DNA from: an uncultured Chloroflexia bacterium
Lineage (GTDB): Bacteria > Chloroflexota > Anaerolineae > CG2-30-64-16
Length of the DNA: 64,000 nucleotides
Direction: 5' to 3'
Assembly: GCA_963774265.1 (NCBI GenBank)
Contig: CAVZDU010000005.1
Span: forward strand, 320,001-384,000
Within the stretch, counting starts at the first letter, position 1; each line of letters starts with the position of its first letter. The notes under the pieces were generated by a model, which saw only the letters and a program-made list of their open reading frames with translations, did not search any database and was not told the DNA's origin. Below are positions 29,878 to 40,450 of this stretch, piece by piece. The position numbers and the translations under genes are program-made.

Positions 29878-29984
29878 CGATGGACCTCGTTCTTGGGAAT
29901 GAACTCGATGACCTTCACCTCATATCAAACCGAGTGCCCATTGTGTTCATACCCCTTCTCGCGCCTATGCGTCAACCGGCCATC

Positions 29985-31247
29985 CTACTTTCGCGGGACG
30001 TTTGCGCCGCAGGGCCACGACGTCTGAATGGCCCCGTTGGGCTGGAGGATCAGCGCCTTCTGGCCGGCCAGGACGTCGCCCTCGGTGCGGATCAACTTGC
30101 CGTCCTCCCATAGCTCCACCTTGTAGGGCTGGCCGTCCCAGCCGTAGAGCGCGGAGATGGGCAGGCCGAACAGCTTGAGCTCGCCGTTTTGGGCCGACGG
30201 ACCGTACCCGTCCGGCTTGAGGTCCTCCCAAGTCGTGTTGGGTGCCAGGCGATATAGCTTGATCCACGATTTCTCGGGCCACATGCAGGTGGTCAGGTTT
30301 CCGATCCAGTCGACGCTGGTGTCTTTCCATTCGAGCTTGATCTGGGCCTCACCGCCGGCCTGGAAATACTCCACGACGATCTCGTGTTTGCCGCTCTTGA
30401 TCGCCTTCTCCACGGTATAGGTCCGCGCCGAGCTTTCGCGCCACTCATCGATGATCGCCACCCAGTCGAGCCAGACGCGCACGCCATCATCGGCTGTGAC
30501 CTTGAACTGATAGGTTCCGTCCGCAAACTCCACCACGCGGTTCCAGCGCACCGAGAAGTCTTTGCCGTCGAAGCCGCCCCCAGGTCCACTGTCGCCCCAA
30601 TCGAAATAGACGAATGCATCATCGCGTTCGAAGGCTGGATTGCCTTCGAGCGTCTTGTTGTCGAAATAATCGGCCTGCCACGTGCCCAGGACCGTGGGGG
30701 GCCGCCAGGTGACAGCCGGGACCGAGGAGACCGGGACCGGGGAGACCGTGGCCGGGGTTGCCGTGCCCTTATCCCACCACACGCGAATCTGCGCTCGCTC
30801 GGTGTTCTCGTAGTAGTCGACCTTCACGAGGTGTGCGCCCGCGGTCAAGTTGATGCTTGCGGTGTAGGTGATCGGCGCAGTAATGTGCCACTGGTCGATG
30901 ATGGCCTGGCCGTCCACGTAGAGGCGGACGCCGTCGTCGACCGTGACGTTGAAGCGGTACGTGCCGGCTGAGAAATTGGCGGTGCGGGTCCATCGGGCCG
31001 AAAAGTGATCGGCCGCGAGCTTACTGTTGGGCGCGCCCCAACCCCAGTTGAAGTTGAGGCTGGCATCGGAACGCACGAGAACGGGGCTGCCGGAGAGGTC
31101 CTGGCTGGCAAAGTACTCGCCGCGCCAGGTCGCATCGGCGGCGACCGGCACGGTCGCGCTGGCCGTTGCCGGCAGCAGCCCTAGGAGGAGCGCGAGCACA
31201 ACCAAAGCGCTCAGACGGGGCAGCATGATGAGTGACAGCCTGGGCAT
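29985..31247 (-). CDS. Secreted protein with two PA14 domains
   Basis: Signal peptide; two repeats of FSARW/FSVRW...DDGVR...IIDxW...H...(D/E)Y. Confidence 0.85.
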   Translation of the reverse strand: MPRLSLIMLPRLSALVVLALLLGLLPATASATVPVAADATWRGEYFASQDLSGSPVLVRSDASLNFNWGWGAPNSKLAADHFSARWTRTANFSAGTYRFNVTVDDGVRLYVDGQAIIDQWHITAPITYTASINLTAGAHLVKVDYYENTERAQIRVWWDKGTATPATVSPVPVSSVPAVTWRPPTVLGTWQADYFDNKTLEGNPAFERDDAFVYFDWGDSGPGGGFDGKDFSVRWNRVVEFADGTYQFKVTADDGVRVWLDWVAIIDEWRESSARTYTVEKAIKSGKHEIVVEYFQAGGEAQIKLEWKDTSVDWIGNLTTCMWPEKSWIKLYRLAPNTTWEDLKPDGYGPSAQNGELKLFGLPISALYGWDGQPYKVELWEDGKLIRTEGDVLAGQKALILQPNGAIQTSWPCGANVPRK

Positions 31248-31584
31248 GGGAACCTCCTTGTTTACATAAGAACCCATCAGGCCAAACAGCGAGCAGGATT
31301 GAGCTAATAATAGACCAGATGCCGGCCGCAAGCAACAAGATCCTGGCCGCGTCGGCCGGTGCGCGTGCCAGCAAGTAAGGCGGCAGGAGCTTGCATCTTT
31401 AGGATCGCAGAATAGTCAACCCAGATGAAAATTCTATGAAGAATTCGTTCCGCGGATGGGCGCACGAATATCTGCAAGGATGCTTGACACTCTCAGAAAA
31501 CGGCATAAAATGGGGTGTGACCTGTTTCCCACTGCCGTCCGGCCGAACTATGCGGTTTCCCACCACGCTAGAGAGGTGATAGCC

Positions 31585-33960
31585 ATGAAGTCGCGCCCCT
31601 ACCTCGTCCTGCTTGGGCTGCTTGTCCTGGCGCTGGTGGCGCCGACCTGCGGCCCCGCGTCTGCCTCGCGCGCCGTCGCGGCGCGAATCATCCGTGATTC
31701 GTACGGCGTGCCGCACATCTATGCCGACAACGCCTACGATCTTTTCTATGCCAATGGGTACGCGGTGGCTCAGGATCGCCTGAGCCAGCTCGAACTCTAT
31801 CGACGCGCCGGGCTGGGACGACTCGCCGAGATGATGGGCTCCAGTTATCTCGAGACCGACATGGATACCCGTCACGAGTCCTACACGCTCGTCGAGCGAG
31901 ACGCAATGCTCAAGGCGCTCCCCGTTGAGCAGCAGCGCATCCTCGAAGCTTACACCGACGGCATCAACGCCAGGCTGGCCGAGGTGCGAGCCGATGCCTC
32001 GCTGATGCCCTGGGATTTGAGCATCCAGGGGGTGACGCCCGCAGACTGGCAGGTCGATGACTGCGTGGCGATCCTGTTGTACATGGGCCGCACGTTTGGG
32101 GAGTACGGCGGTGCTGGTGGCAACGAGCTTAACAACCAAAGCTTCTACCAGCACCTGGTGGAAACCTTCGGCAGCAGCCAAGGGGCAGCGATCTTTAACG
32201 ACGTGGTCCCGATCGAGGACCCGGCTGCCGCCACGACGATCCAGGTGGCTCCCCCCGCCGGCGCGGCTGGCGTCCAAGTCACGCGTTCGCCGCTGGCCGT
32301 TGAAAGTGATCTGCTGGAAGACGCGCAGGCTCGGGAGGCGCGCGTGCGCCAGGCTCGCGAATCGATCGGGGTGCCGACCAAGCTGGGCAGCTTCTGGTGG
32401 GCCATCACCGGTGCGCGCTCGTCCACCGGCCGCGCGTTGCTGTTCGGTGGGCCACAGATGGGATATGCGACACCCAATGTCGGCCACGAAATCAGCCTGC
32501 ACGGCGCCGGCTTTGATGTGCGGGGGATGTCTGTTGCAGGCGTGCCGGGGGTGCTAATCGGCTACAACGGCCGTCTCGCCTGGAGCATCACATCCGGTTT
32601 CAGCGACCAGGTGGACGTCTACGTCGAGACGCTCGATCCGGCCGACCCTTCGCGCTACTGGCAAGGGGGCGCCTGGCACGTCATGGAGCAGCGCACGGAA
32701 ACGTACCAGGTGAAGGGAGGCGCTCCGGTCACCGAGACGATCTGGCGCACCGTACACGGTCCCGTCTTCGCGGTGGACCCGACCTCACATACGGCCCTGT
32801 CCGAGCGCCGGGCCCACTGGGGACAGGAGCTGGCGGCCTGGCAAGCCTGGCTGCAATTTAACGCCCTGGGAACCGTGGCCGCAGGGTTGGAGGCAATCGA
32901 GACTCTCCCGCTCTCGCTGAACTTCTTGTTCGCCGACCAGGATGGGCACATCGGCTATCGCCAGGCTGGGCGCCAACCCGTGCGCGCGTCCGGTTTCGAT
33001 CCCCGTATGCCGTTGCCAGGCACAGGGGAGGCGGAGTGGATAGGCTTCCTGGCGCCTGAGGACATGCCGCACGTGGTCGATCCCGCGGGAGGCGCGCTGG
33101 GCAACTGGAACAACAAGCCGATGCCGGGCTGGCCGAACGGCGACGCGGTCAACTGGGGCGCAGTGGATCGCGTGCAGCGCATCTTCACCCGGCTGGGGGG
33201 CAATGCACCAATGTCGCCGGAGATGGCCAAGGACCTCGCGCCCGACATCGGCCGGAATGACTATCGGGCCGACGCGCTGCTGCCGTACCTGCTCGATGCC
33301 CTCGCGGTCCCCGGGGTCCCGGCCGATGGGCGGCTGCCCCAGGTGAAGCAGATCCTGAGCGATTGGGATCACCGAGCGGACGATGGCGCGGTGGGCGAAA
33401 GCATCTTCAACGCCTGGCGCACGCAGGTCTTTAGCGATACGCTCGGCGACGAGCTGGGCGCCTTCCTGGTCCCGCTTCAGGACTGGTTCAACCCGGTTGG
33501 CGACTCGCTGCTGCTCCGCGCGCTCCAGGGTCCCGCGGCCTCGCTGCCGGTGGTCCACGACTACTTCGACGGCATCGAACCCGAGACGGCCCTGGTGGAG
33601 AGCCTGAGCGCCGCGTTGGACAGCCTGACCAGCAGCTATGGCACGTCGGACATGACCCAGTGGAAATTCGATCCGGGCACCATCGATTTCACGCTGGGTC
33701 CGGCGGTCGTCGCCAGAATCCCCTGGTACAGTCGGGGCTCCTACATGCAGTTCATCGAGCTGACCCGACCTCTGGCGCGGGGCATCAACATCCTGCCACC
33801 GGGCCAAAGCGGCACCGTGCTCGTCGGTTCCGACGGCTACGTTCACGCCGACCCACACTATCTGGATCAGGTTGAACTGGCCAGGACCTGGCAGTATAAG
33901 TCGATGCCGCTTTACTACCCGGCAGCGCTGTATCTGCCGCTGATCGTAAAACTGGAATGA
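31585..33960 (+). CDS. Penicillin acylase-family Ntn hydrolase, secreted, with C-terminal YLPLI motif
   Basis: IIRDSYGVPHIYA, GYAVAQDRL, GS nucleophile (GSFWW), GGPQMG, RTVHGPV, NWNNKP. Confidence 0.92.
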   Translation: MKSRPYLVLLGLLVLALVAPTCGPASASRAVAARIIRDSYGVPHIYADNAYDLFYANGYAVAQDRLSQLELYRRAGLGRLAEMMGSSYLETDMDTRHESYTLVERDAMLKALPVEQQRILEAYTDGINARLAEVRADASLMPWDLSIQGVTPADWQVDDCVAILLYMGRTFGEYGGAGGNELNNQSFYQHLVETFGSSQGAAIFNDVVPIEDPAAATTIQVAPPAGAAGVQVTRSPLAVESDLLEDAQAREARVRQARESIGVPTKLGSFWWAITGARSSTGRALLFGGPQMGYATPNVGHEISLHGAGFDVRGMSVAGVPGVLIGYNGRLAWSITSGFSDQVDVYVETLDPADPSRYWQGGAWHVMEQRTETYQVKGGAPVTETIWRTVHGPVFAVDPTSHTALSERRAHWGQELAAWQAWLQFNALGTVAAGLEAIETLPLSLNFLFADQDGHIGYRQAGRQPVRASGFDPRMPLPGTGEAEWIGFLAPEDMPHVVDPAGGALGNWNNKPMPGWPNGDAVNWGAVDRVQRIFTRLGGNAPMSPEMAKDLAPDIGRNDYRADALLPYLLDALAVPGVPADGRLPQVKQILSDWDHRADDGAVGESIFNAWRTQVFSDTLGDELGAFLVPLQDWFNPVGDSLLLRALQGPAASLPVVHDYFDGIEPETALVESLSAALDSLTSSYGTSDMTQWKFDPGTIDFTLGPAVVARIPWYSRGSYMQFIELTRPLARGINILPPGQSGTVLVGSDGYVHADPHYLDQVELARTWQYKSMPLYYPAALYLPLIVKLE

Positions 33961-34041
33961 TGGCCCACCGGCAATACCGGACCCATGTTCGGTCAAGGTC
34001 TACCTGCCGCGGGTGATTCGCTAGACTGGCATGCGCCAAAC

Positions 34042-36183
34042 ATGACTACGACCCAGCCTATGCGCAGCATGACCTGGAATACTCTGGGCAGCACGCTCCG
34101 GCTGCTCGGCCGGCCGGCCGACATACTCGCGCGGCCTCCGCCGCGAGAACCTGGGCGCCGACCTGTTCGCGGCGTTGACCGTGACCATGGTCGTGCTGCC
34201 GCAGACCATGGCCTATGCCATCTTGGGCGGGCTCCCGCCGGAGGTGGGGCTCTACTCAGCCGCGGTCGCGAGCATCGTCGGCGCACTGTGGGGCTCGTCC
34301 ATCCAGCTCCAGACCGGCCCCAGCAACACTGTTGCGCTGCTGACCCTGGCCGCAATTACCCCGCTGGCAGCGATCGGCACGCCGGGATACCTGGCTGCGG
34401 CCGGCCTTCTGGCTCTCATGGGCGGCGTGCTGCGCCTGGTGATGGGGCTGGCCCGGCTCGGCCTGCTGGTGCGCTTCGTCTCTGATGCGGTCATCGTGGG
34501 CTTCACCGCGGGCGCAGGTGTGCTCATCGTCGGTCAACCAGCTTCCGCGACCTGCTCGGGCTTACTCTGCCATCCACTGCCGAGTTGGTGGAGACGGTGA
34601 AGGCGATCGCGCTCAACCTGAATCAGGCGCACCTGCCCAGCCTGGCGGTGGGCCTGCTGGCGATCGGCCTGATCGTCGGGCTCAGGCGAATCAACAAGCG
34701 CATCCCGGGGCCGTTGATTGCGATCATCGTGGCAGGGGCTGCGGTCGCGCTGCTGGGCCTGGATGTCAGGATGGTGAATGCTCTGCCCCGCGGCCTCCCC
34801 CCTTTCAGCATCCCGCCGCTGACCGATCTGAAGTTGATCGGTCAGCTATCGACCACGGCGTTGTCCGTCGCCGCGATCGGACTGGTCGAGGCGATCTCCA
34901 ACGCGCGCGCCATGGCCAGCCAGACCGGCCAGCGCCTGGACAGCAACCAGGAGTTCGTCGGCCAGGGTATGGCCAACATCGCATGCGGGTTCTTCACCGG
35001 CTGCCCGGTCACCGGTTCGTTCGGCCGCTCCAATCTCAACTTGCAGGCGGGCGCGAAGACACCGATGGCCAATGTATTCATCGGCCTGATGGTCATCATC
35101 GCGCTCCTCTTCGTGGGACCCGCGGCCTCGCTGCTCCCGAGGCCGTCGCTGGCCGGGGTGGTGTTGGTGACGGCCTACAGCCTGATCGACCGCAAGGAGA
35201 TCAGCCGCATCTGGCGCGGGGGCGGCGCCGACCGGCTCACCCTGGTGGTCACGCTGGTGGCCACCCTGTTGCTGCCGCTGCAGTTCGCGATTATGGCGGG
35301 CATCCTGATGTCGTTGGGCGGCTATCTGCTACAGACCAGCACCCCGCGCGTACGCACGGTGCTTCCTACGAAGGATTTTCGTCACTACGAGCACCAGCCG
35401 GGCGTGCAGCCGTGCCCCCAACTGGGCGTCACGGAGATCCTGGGCGACCTGTATTTCGGAGCGGTGCAGCACATCGACGAGCAGGTATATCGCAACCTGG
35501 TCGACCATCCGGGCCAGCGTTTCCTGCTGCTGCGCATGCAAGGTGTTCGTAACTGCGACATCAGCGGCATCCACGCGTTGGAATCCATCTTGCGCGTCGT
35601 ACCACGAGCAGGGCGGCGAGGTCTTCATGTCGCGGGTGCGCCGCCGGTCATGCAGATAGATGAGCGTCCTCCGGTTTTCTGAAGAGTCTCGGGCGAGGAT
35701 CACCTGCTGGCAGATGACTCGGCCATCGACTATCTGTATCATCGTGTGCTCGACCCGGCAATCTGCATCTATGAATGCCCGCTGCGGGTGTTCGAGCAGT
35801 GCCAGAACCTGCCCAAGCAGCTTCATGCAGAGTTTGCGCCGGTGCACCTTGGGCCGCTCACGGCGCCTGCGCCGACGATCGAGCCGCTTGCCCTGTGGCA
35901 GGCGCTGCGGAGCGAAACACCGCCGTTGGCGATCGATGTGCGCGAGCCGCGCGAGTTCGGCCAGGGCCACGTGCCGGGCAGCCAGCTCATCCCGCTGCCC
36001 AAGCTGCTGACCAACCTGGACCAGGTCCCGCGCGACCAGGCCGTGGTGCTGGTCTGTCGCGGCGGCCGGCGCAGTGCGCGGGCCGCCGCCGCGCTACTGG
36101 CGGCTGGCCACCCGAATGTCGCTTCTCTGGAGGGCGGCATGTTGGCCTGGGAGTCTGCCAATTTGCTGGAGGCCAGCGAATGA
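34042..36183 (+). CDS. SulP anion permease with STAS and rhodanese domains (frameshifted)
   Basis: LPQTMAYA, GLYSA, NQEFVGQG, TGSFGRS, GDLYFG (STAS), IDVREPREF...VCRGGRRS (rhodanese). Confidence 0.85.
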
Positions 36184-37152
36184 CCGATCAAATCGATATC
36201 TCGTCCCAACTCGGGCTGGACCTGGTGCGCGCCACCGAGGCAGGCCGCGTTGGCTGCCGGACGTTGGTCCGGCCTGGGGAACCCGAATGAGGCCGAACGT
36301 GCCGGCACGGAGGCGATGATCAGGGTGCTGGAGAGAATCGAGATCGATGGCGTCGTGTGCCTGAGCGAGGGGAGAGCCGCCTGGGCGAAGGGGTGACGTT
36401 CGTCACGGGCCAACATCTGGGCGCCGGCCGCGGCCCGGCGTTGATGTGCTGGCCAAGGCGCTCGAAGGGGGACGACTGCTGGCCGGCGGTTACCCGGGCG
36501 CGCTGGCGACCGTGGCGGTGGCGCCGGCCGGCGCCATCCGGAACCCGCCGGGGATCCGCTACATGGAAAAAATCGTCGTCAATGCAGGAGGTCGCGTCCA
36601 ACGTTGGTGCCCGAGTGTCTGGATGCCCCGGCTGCGTGGACACTGGCGCTGGTGGCGCGTGCCAAGGGAAAGCAGGTCCGTGACCTGGTCGTTTTCGTCC
36701 TGGATCGTCCGCGGCATGCCGATTTGGTGGCCGAGATTCGCGCCGCGGGCGCACACGTCCTGCTGCGCGCCGGCGGCGATGTTGCGGGCGCGCTCGATGG
36801 CGTGACTGCGCGACGGCACGGTCGATCTGCTGATGGGGACGGGCGGTGTGCCGCAAGGACTGATGGCCGCCTGCGCCGTCAAGGCCGCGGGCGGGGCGAT
36901 GCTGGGCAGGCTGGCGCCGCAGAATCCGGAGGAGAAGACTCAGCTGCTCGCCGCATCCCCGGAATTTCGGGGCATCCGCTCTGTCGACGAGCTGGTGAAG
37001 GGAAAGATCGCCTTTTTCTCGGCCACTGCGATCACGGATGGCCCGCTGCTGCACGGCGTGCACTATCGCGGGCGCCGCGCGGAGTCCAATTCGATCATCA
37101 TGCGCGGCTGAGATCGGCGTTCGGCGCATCCTTCAAACCGAGCACTGGGTAA
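36180..37152 (+). CDS. glpX: Class II fructose-1,6-bisphosphatase-like protein (frameshifted)
   Basis: LDLVRATE, YMEKIV, VFVLDRPRH, GDVAGAL, MGTGG, FSATAITDG. Confidence 0.8.
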
Positions 37153-37285
37153 GCGAGCAGGCGCAGGCCGTCACTTTGGACGCGGAGGAATTCGAAAAGT
37201 GACTGCAATGGCCGCCCGGTTTTGGCAAGACATCGGGTTCGTTCGAAAAGAGCCAGAAAATCGATCCATTGGAAGGAGTATCCAA

Positions 37286-38146
37286 ATGCATTCTGCCCAT
37301 GATCCTCTCGTGACCATCGCACCCGGCGCGGGCGACCTGCCCAAGCTAACCCTCGTTGCGCCGGACGGCGCGCGGGCCGAAGTCTACCTCTACGGCGCGC
37401 ACGTCGCGTCGTGGGTTCCGGCAGGTGGCGAGGAACGCCTGTTTTTGAGCCGGCTGTCCGCGTTCAAGCCGGGCGCGCCGATCCGCGGGGGCGTGCCGCT
37501 GGTGTGGCCCCAGTTCGGGGGGAATGGGCCGCTGCCCTTGCATGGCATCGTGCGCATCCGGTCGTGGGAGCTTGCCTCCGTAGATCTTCAGGGCAGGCGG
37601 GCGATGGTGATCCTCCGCCTGGTCGATTCTGAGGAGACCCGAGGACTTTGGACGCACGCGTTTAAGACCGAGCTGGCCGTCACGGTTGGCGGAACTGAGC
37701 TGACGGTCAAGCTCTCGGCCACGAACACCGGTGCGGCGCCGTTCACCTTCACGACCGCGCTGCACACCTACCTGGCCGTGAAGGACCTCGCCGCGGCTCA
37801 TGTCGACGGGCTGAGCGGCCTGAACTACCGCGATAACGCGGCCGGCGGGGTCGAGGTGCAGGATATCGAGCCGCAGGTGGTGTTCGGCGGTGAGGTGAAC
37901 CGGGTCTATCTCGATGCGCCGGCCGAGGTGCGGCTGGTCGACGGGGATCGCACGCTCATCAGCCGGGCCGCGGGCTTCACCGATGCCGTGGTGTGGAACC
38001 CGGCTGCGGCCAAGTGTGCGACTATGGTCGATCTGGAGCCCGAGGACTACCTCAAATTCGTCTGCATCGAGACCGCGACGGTCGGCGCGCCGGTGGAGCT
38101 GGTGCCAGGCGCGACCTGGGCGGGCAGCCAGACGCTGGTGGCCTGA
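37286..38146 (+). CDS. D-hexose-6-phosphate mutarotase (aldose 1-epimerase family)
   Basis: YGAHVASW, IRGGVPLVWPQF, LHG, ALHTYL, VVWNP, FVCIE. Confidence 0.92.
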   Translation: MHSAHDPLVTIAPGAGDLPKLTLVAPDGARAEVYLYGAHVASWVPAGGEERLFLSRLSAFKPGAPIRGGVPLVWPQFGGNGPLPLHGIVRIRSWELASVDLQGRRAMVILRLVDSEETRGLWTHAFKTELAVTVGGTELTVKLSATNTGAAPFTFTTALHTYLAVKDLAAAHVDGLSGLNYRDNAAGGVEVQDIEPQVVFGGEVNRVYLDAPAEVRLVDGDRTLISRAAGFTDAVVWNPAAAKCATMVDLEPEDYLKFVCIETATVGAPVELVPGATWAGSQTLVA

Positions 38147-38205
38147 AAGCCTGACGAGGCGGCGACCCAGCGGGTCTCCCTTCTTCTCCCGGGAGAGGGG
38201 CAGGG

Positions 38206-38233
38206 GTAGGGGCGACCGGCTGGTCGCCCCTAC
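38206..38233. repeat. GTAG-type REP-like palindrome overlapping the decarboxylase stop codon
   Basis: gtaggggcgaccggctggtcgcccctac; degenerate copy near 38157-38183. Confidence 0.8.
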
Positions 38234-39714
38234 TTCACGACCTCGCGCCCGAGCCGCACGACCTCGCGGACCAGCAGGTCGAAGTCCTCGCGGCGGCTGC
38301 GGTGGTTGGTGATGGCTGCGCGCAGCGCATAGCGGCCGCGCAACGTGGTGTAGGTTGGCGCAGCGACGCCGCTCTCATGCAGCCGGAGGAGGATCTCCTC
38401 GTTGAGCGCGTTGAGTGCGGCGTCGCCCATGTTGGGAAGGCTGCCGCCCTCACGCTTGCCGGGGTTGAAGCGGAAGCAGACGATGTTCAGGTCGACCGGC
38501 GCGATGAGCTCCAGGTCGGGGGATGACACGACCAGCTCCCCCAGGTAGCGCGCCTGGGCCGCGTTCTGCGAGATGAGCCGGCCGTACTTCTCCACGCCAT
38601 GCTCGCGCAACGACATCCAGACCTTCAGCGCTCGGAAATTGCGCGTCAACTGCACGCCGTACTCGTTCGGCCAGCGCGACCCCCCAGCCACGCCGCGCTC
38701 TTGGTGTGCCAGGTACTCAGGCGTGAGGCTGAAGGTCCCGCGGTGCGCAGCCTCGTCACGGACCAGAACGCACCCCGCCTCGAACTGCACATACAGCCAC
38801 TTGTGGAAGTCCAGCGCGAGCGAATCCGCGCGGCGCATGCCCGCGAACTTGGGCTGTAAATCGGGCGCCAGGACGGCCAGCGCACCGATCGCGCCGTCCA
38901 CGTGGAACCACAGCCCTTCGCGCTCTGCAATGTCCGCCAGCCTTTCGAGGGGGTCGATCGCGCCGCTGTTGACCGTGCCAGCGTGTCCGATGAGGCAGAT
39001 CGGCTGTAGCCCCGCGGCGCGATCTGCGGCGAGCGTGGTCTCCAATGCGGGCACGTCGATGCGGTACGCGTCGTCCACCGGGATCAGCCGCAGGCTTTCG
39101 CTGCCCAGCCCGAGCAGTTCCACGGCCTTCTGGATCGAGCTGTGCGCCTCGACTGAAGTGTACACCGTCAGCCGCCCCGTGCAGCCCTGCAGCCCCACCT
39201 TGCGCACATCGAATCCGGCGCGGGTGTTACGCGCCACGGCCAGCCCGACGAGGTTCGCCATCGATCCGCCGCTCACCAGCAGGCCGCTCGCGTCTGCGGG
39301 GAAGCCGAGCAGTGCTTTCGTCCAGTCGATCACCTGCCGCTCGACATAGATGCCGGCGTGCTCGCCGCCGCCCATGTTGGGGTTCATGCCCGCGGCCAGC
39401 ATCTCGGCCAGCATGCCCAGCGCGGTGCCGTTGCCCATGACCCAGCCCCAGAAGCGCGGGTGGGTGTTGCCCATCGCATAGGGCAGGATAGTCTGCTGGA
39501 AGTCCGCGTAGATCTCTTCGGGCGACGCCGGCTCCGTGGGGACGGGCTGCTGGAAGTGTGCCTTCACCTCCGCGGGGACGGGCTGCCACACCTTCCGCTC
39601 GCGTGCGGACTGGAGCCAGGCGAGCATGTCATCCACCATACGGTGGCCGAGTGCGCGCATCGCGCCCCAGTCCTGCGGGTCCAGGGTCTCTTCAGGTTTT
39701 TCGAGAATGCCCAT
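38230..39714 (-). CDS. Group II PLP-dependent amino acid decarboxylase
   Basis: HPRFWGW, VSGGSMAN, AHSSIQKA, GTVNSGAIDPL, FHVDGAIG, DFHKW (PLP lysine). Confidence 0.93.
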   Translation of the reverse strand: MGILEKPEETLDPQDWGAMRALGHRMVDDMLAWLQSARERKVWQPVPAEVKAHFQQPVPTEPASPEEIYADFQQTILPYAMGNTHPRFWGWVMGNGTALGMLAEMLAAGMNPNMGGGEHAGIYVERQVIDWTKALLGFPADASGLLVSGGSMANLVGLAVARNTRAGFDVRKVGLQGCTGRLTVYTSVEAHSSIQKAVELLGLGSESLRLIPVDDAYRIDVPALETTLAADRAAGLQPICLIGHAGTVNSGAIDPLERLADIAEREGLWFHVDGAIGALAVLAPDLQPKFAGMRRADSLALDFHKWLYVQFEAGCVLVRDEAAHRGTFSLTPEYLAHQERGVAGGSRWPNEYGVQLTRNFRALKVWMSLREHGVEKYGRLISQNAAQARYLGELVVSSPDLELIAPVDLNIVCFRFNPGKREGGSLPNMGDAALNALNEEILLRLHESGVAAPTYTTLRGRYALRAAITNHRSRREDFDLLVREVVRLGREVVK

Positions 39715-39818
39715 CGTCAGTCCCTTTCGTTGTCTGCGGTTTCATACGAAGATAGCACAATTGTCGTACCAAGTCAACGCAGTGCGTGAATCTGCGCGCT
39801 GGACGAAGCTGGACAAGA

Positions 39819-39852
39819 AAACACCCGAAGGGCCTGGAAACCCTTCGGGTGT
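39819..39852 (-). terminator. Intrinsic terminator after the small secreted protein gene
   Basis: aacacccgaaggg / cccttcgggtgtt stem with minus-strand T tail. Confidence 0.75.
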
Positions 39853-39930
39853 TGATCCATACTGTTTGATCGCCCGGTGTCACTCAGGGGTCACCGGCTC
39901 TCTACGGCTGCTTGTTCAGTAGCCGCCTCC

Positions 39931-40260
39931 TCATTGCACCGCACCTTGCGGCTGCGCCCTCAGTTGCTGCTCGGCCATTTTCTGATACCGCTCCCCCATC
40001 GCCACCCAGCGCGCCTTGAACGCCTCGAAGGCCCGCTGCTGCTTGAGTGCAGCCTGTGCCGCCTGCAGCTTCTGATAGTACAAGCTCATCGCCGCCCAAC
40101 GTGCTGTTTCGGCGGCACGCGCATTATGCGTCATCACCACCGTGGCCGAATTATCCGCATGAACGACGGACGACGTAAAGACGGCCTCTCGAATAGTCAG
40201 TCCCACTACCGCTACCAACGCAATGACGATCAACATCTTGAACCACCGATTCGCTTTCAT
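39931..40260 (-). CDS. Small secreted or membrane-anchored protein with two ARWxAM..YQK repeats
   Basis: Hydrophobic N-terminus ending VHA; RBS ggagg; ARWAAMSLYYQKL and ARWVAMGERYQKM. Confidence 0.75.
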   Translation of the reverse strand: MKANRWFKMLIVIALVAVVGLTIREAVFTSSVVHADNSATVVMTHNARAAETARWAAMSLYYQKLQAAQAALKQQRAFEAFKARWVAMGERYQKMAEQQLRAQPQGAVQ

Positions 40261-40383
40261 CCTAGCCTCCAAACCAGTTTGGCGTTCGCTTGACTGCGTT
40301 CCGCCGTATTGATGCTCTCACGATAGCACGGCGGCGCTTGCCAGGCTTGCCATTTCCTACCAAAAATCTCCAAGAGGTCCCTG

Positions 40384-40413
40384 ATTGTATTATTCTGACA
40401 AATATAGTACAAT
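40384..40413. promoter_or_regulatory. Symmetric bidirectional sigma70-like promoter
   Basis: Plus strand TTGTAT-N17-TACAAT; minus strand TTGTAC-N17-TACAAT over the same 30 bp. Confidence 0.6.
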
Positions 40414-40450
40414 AACAGTACTTTCAAGGTGAGTTTCCAGAGGAAGCACT

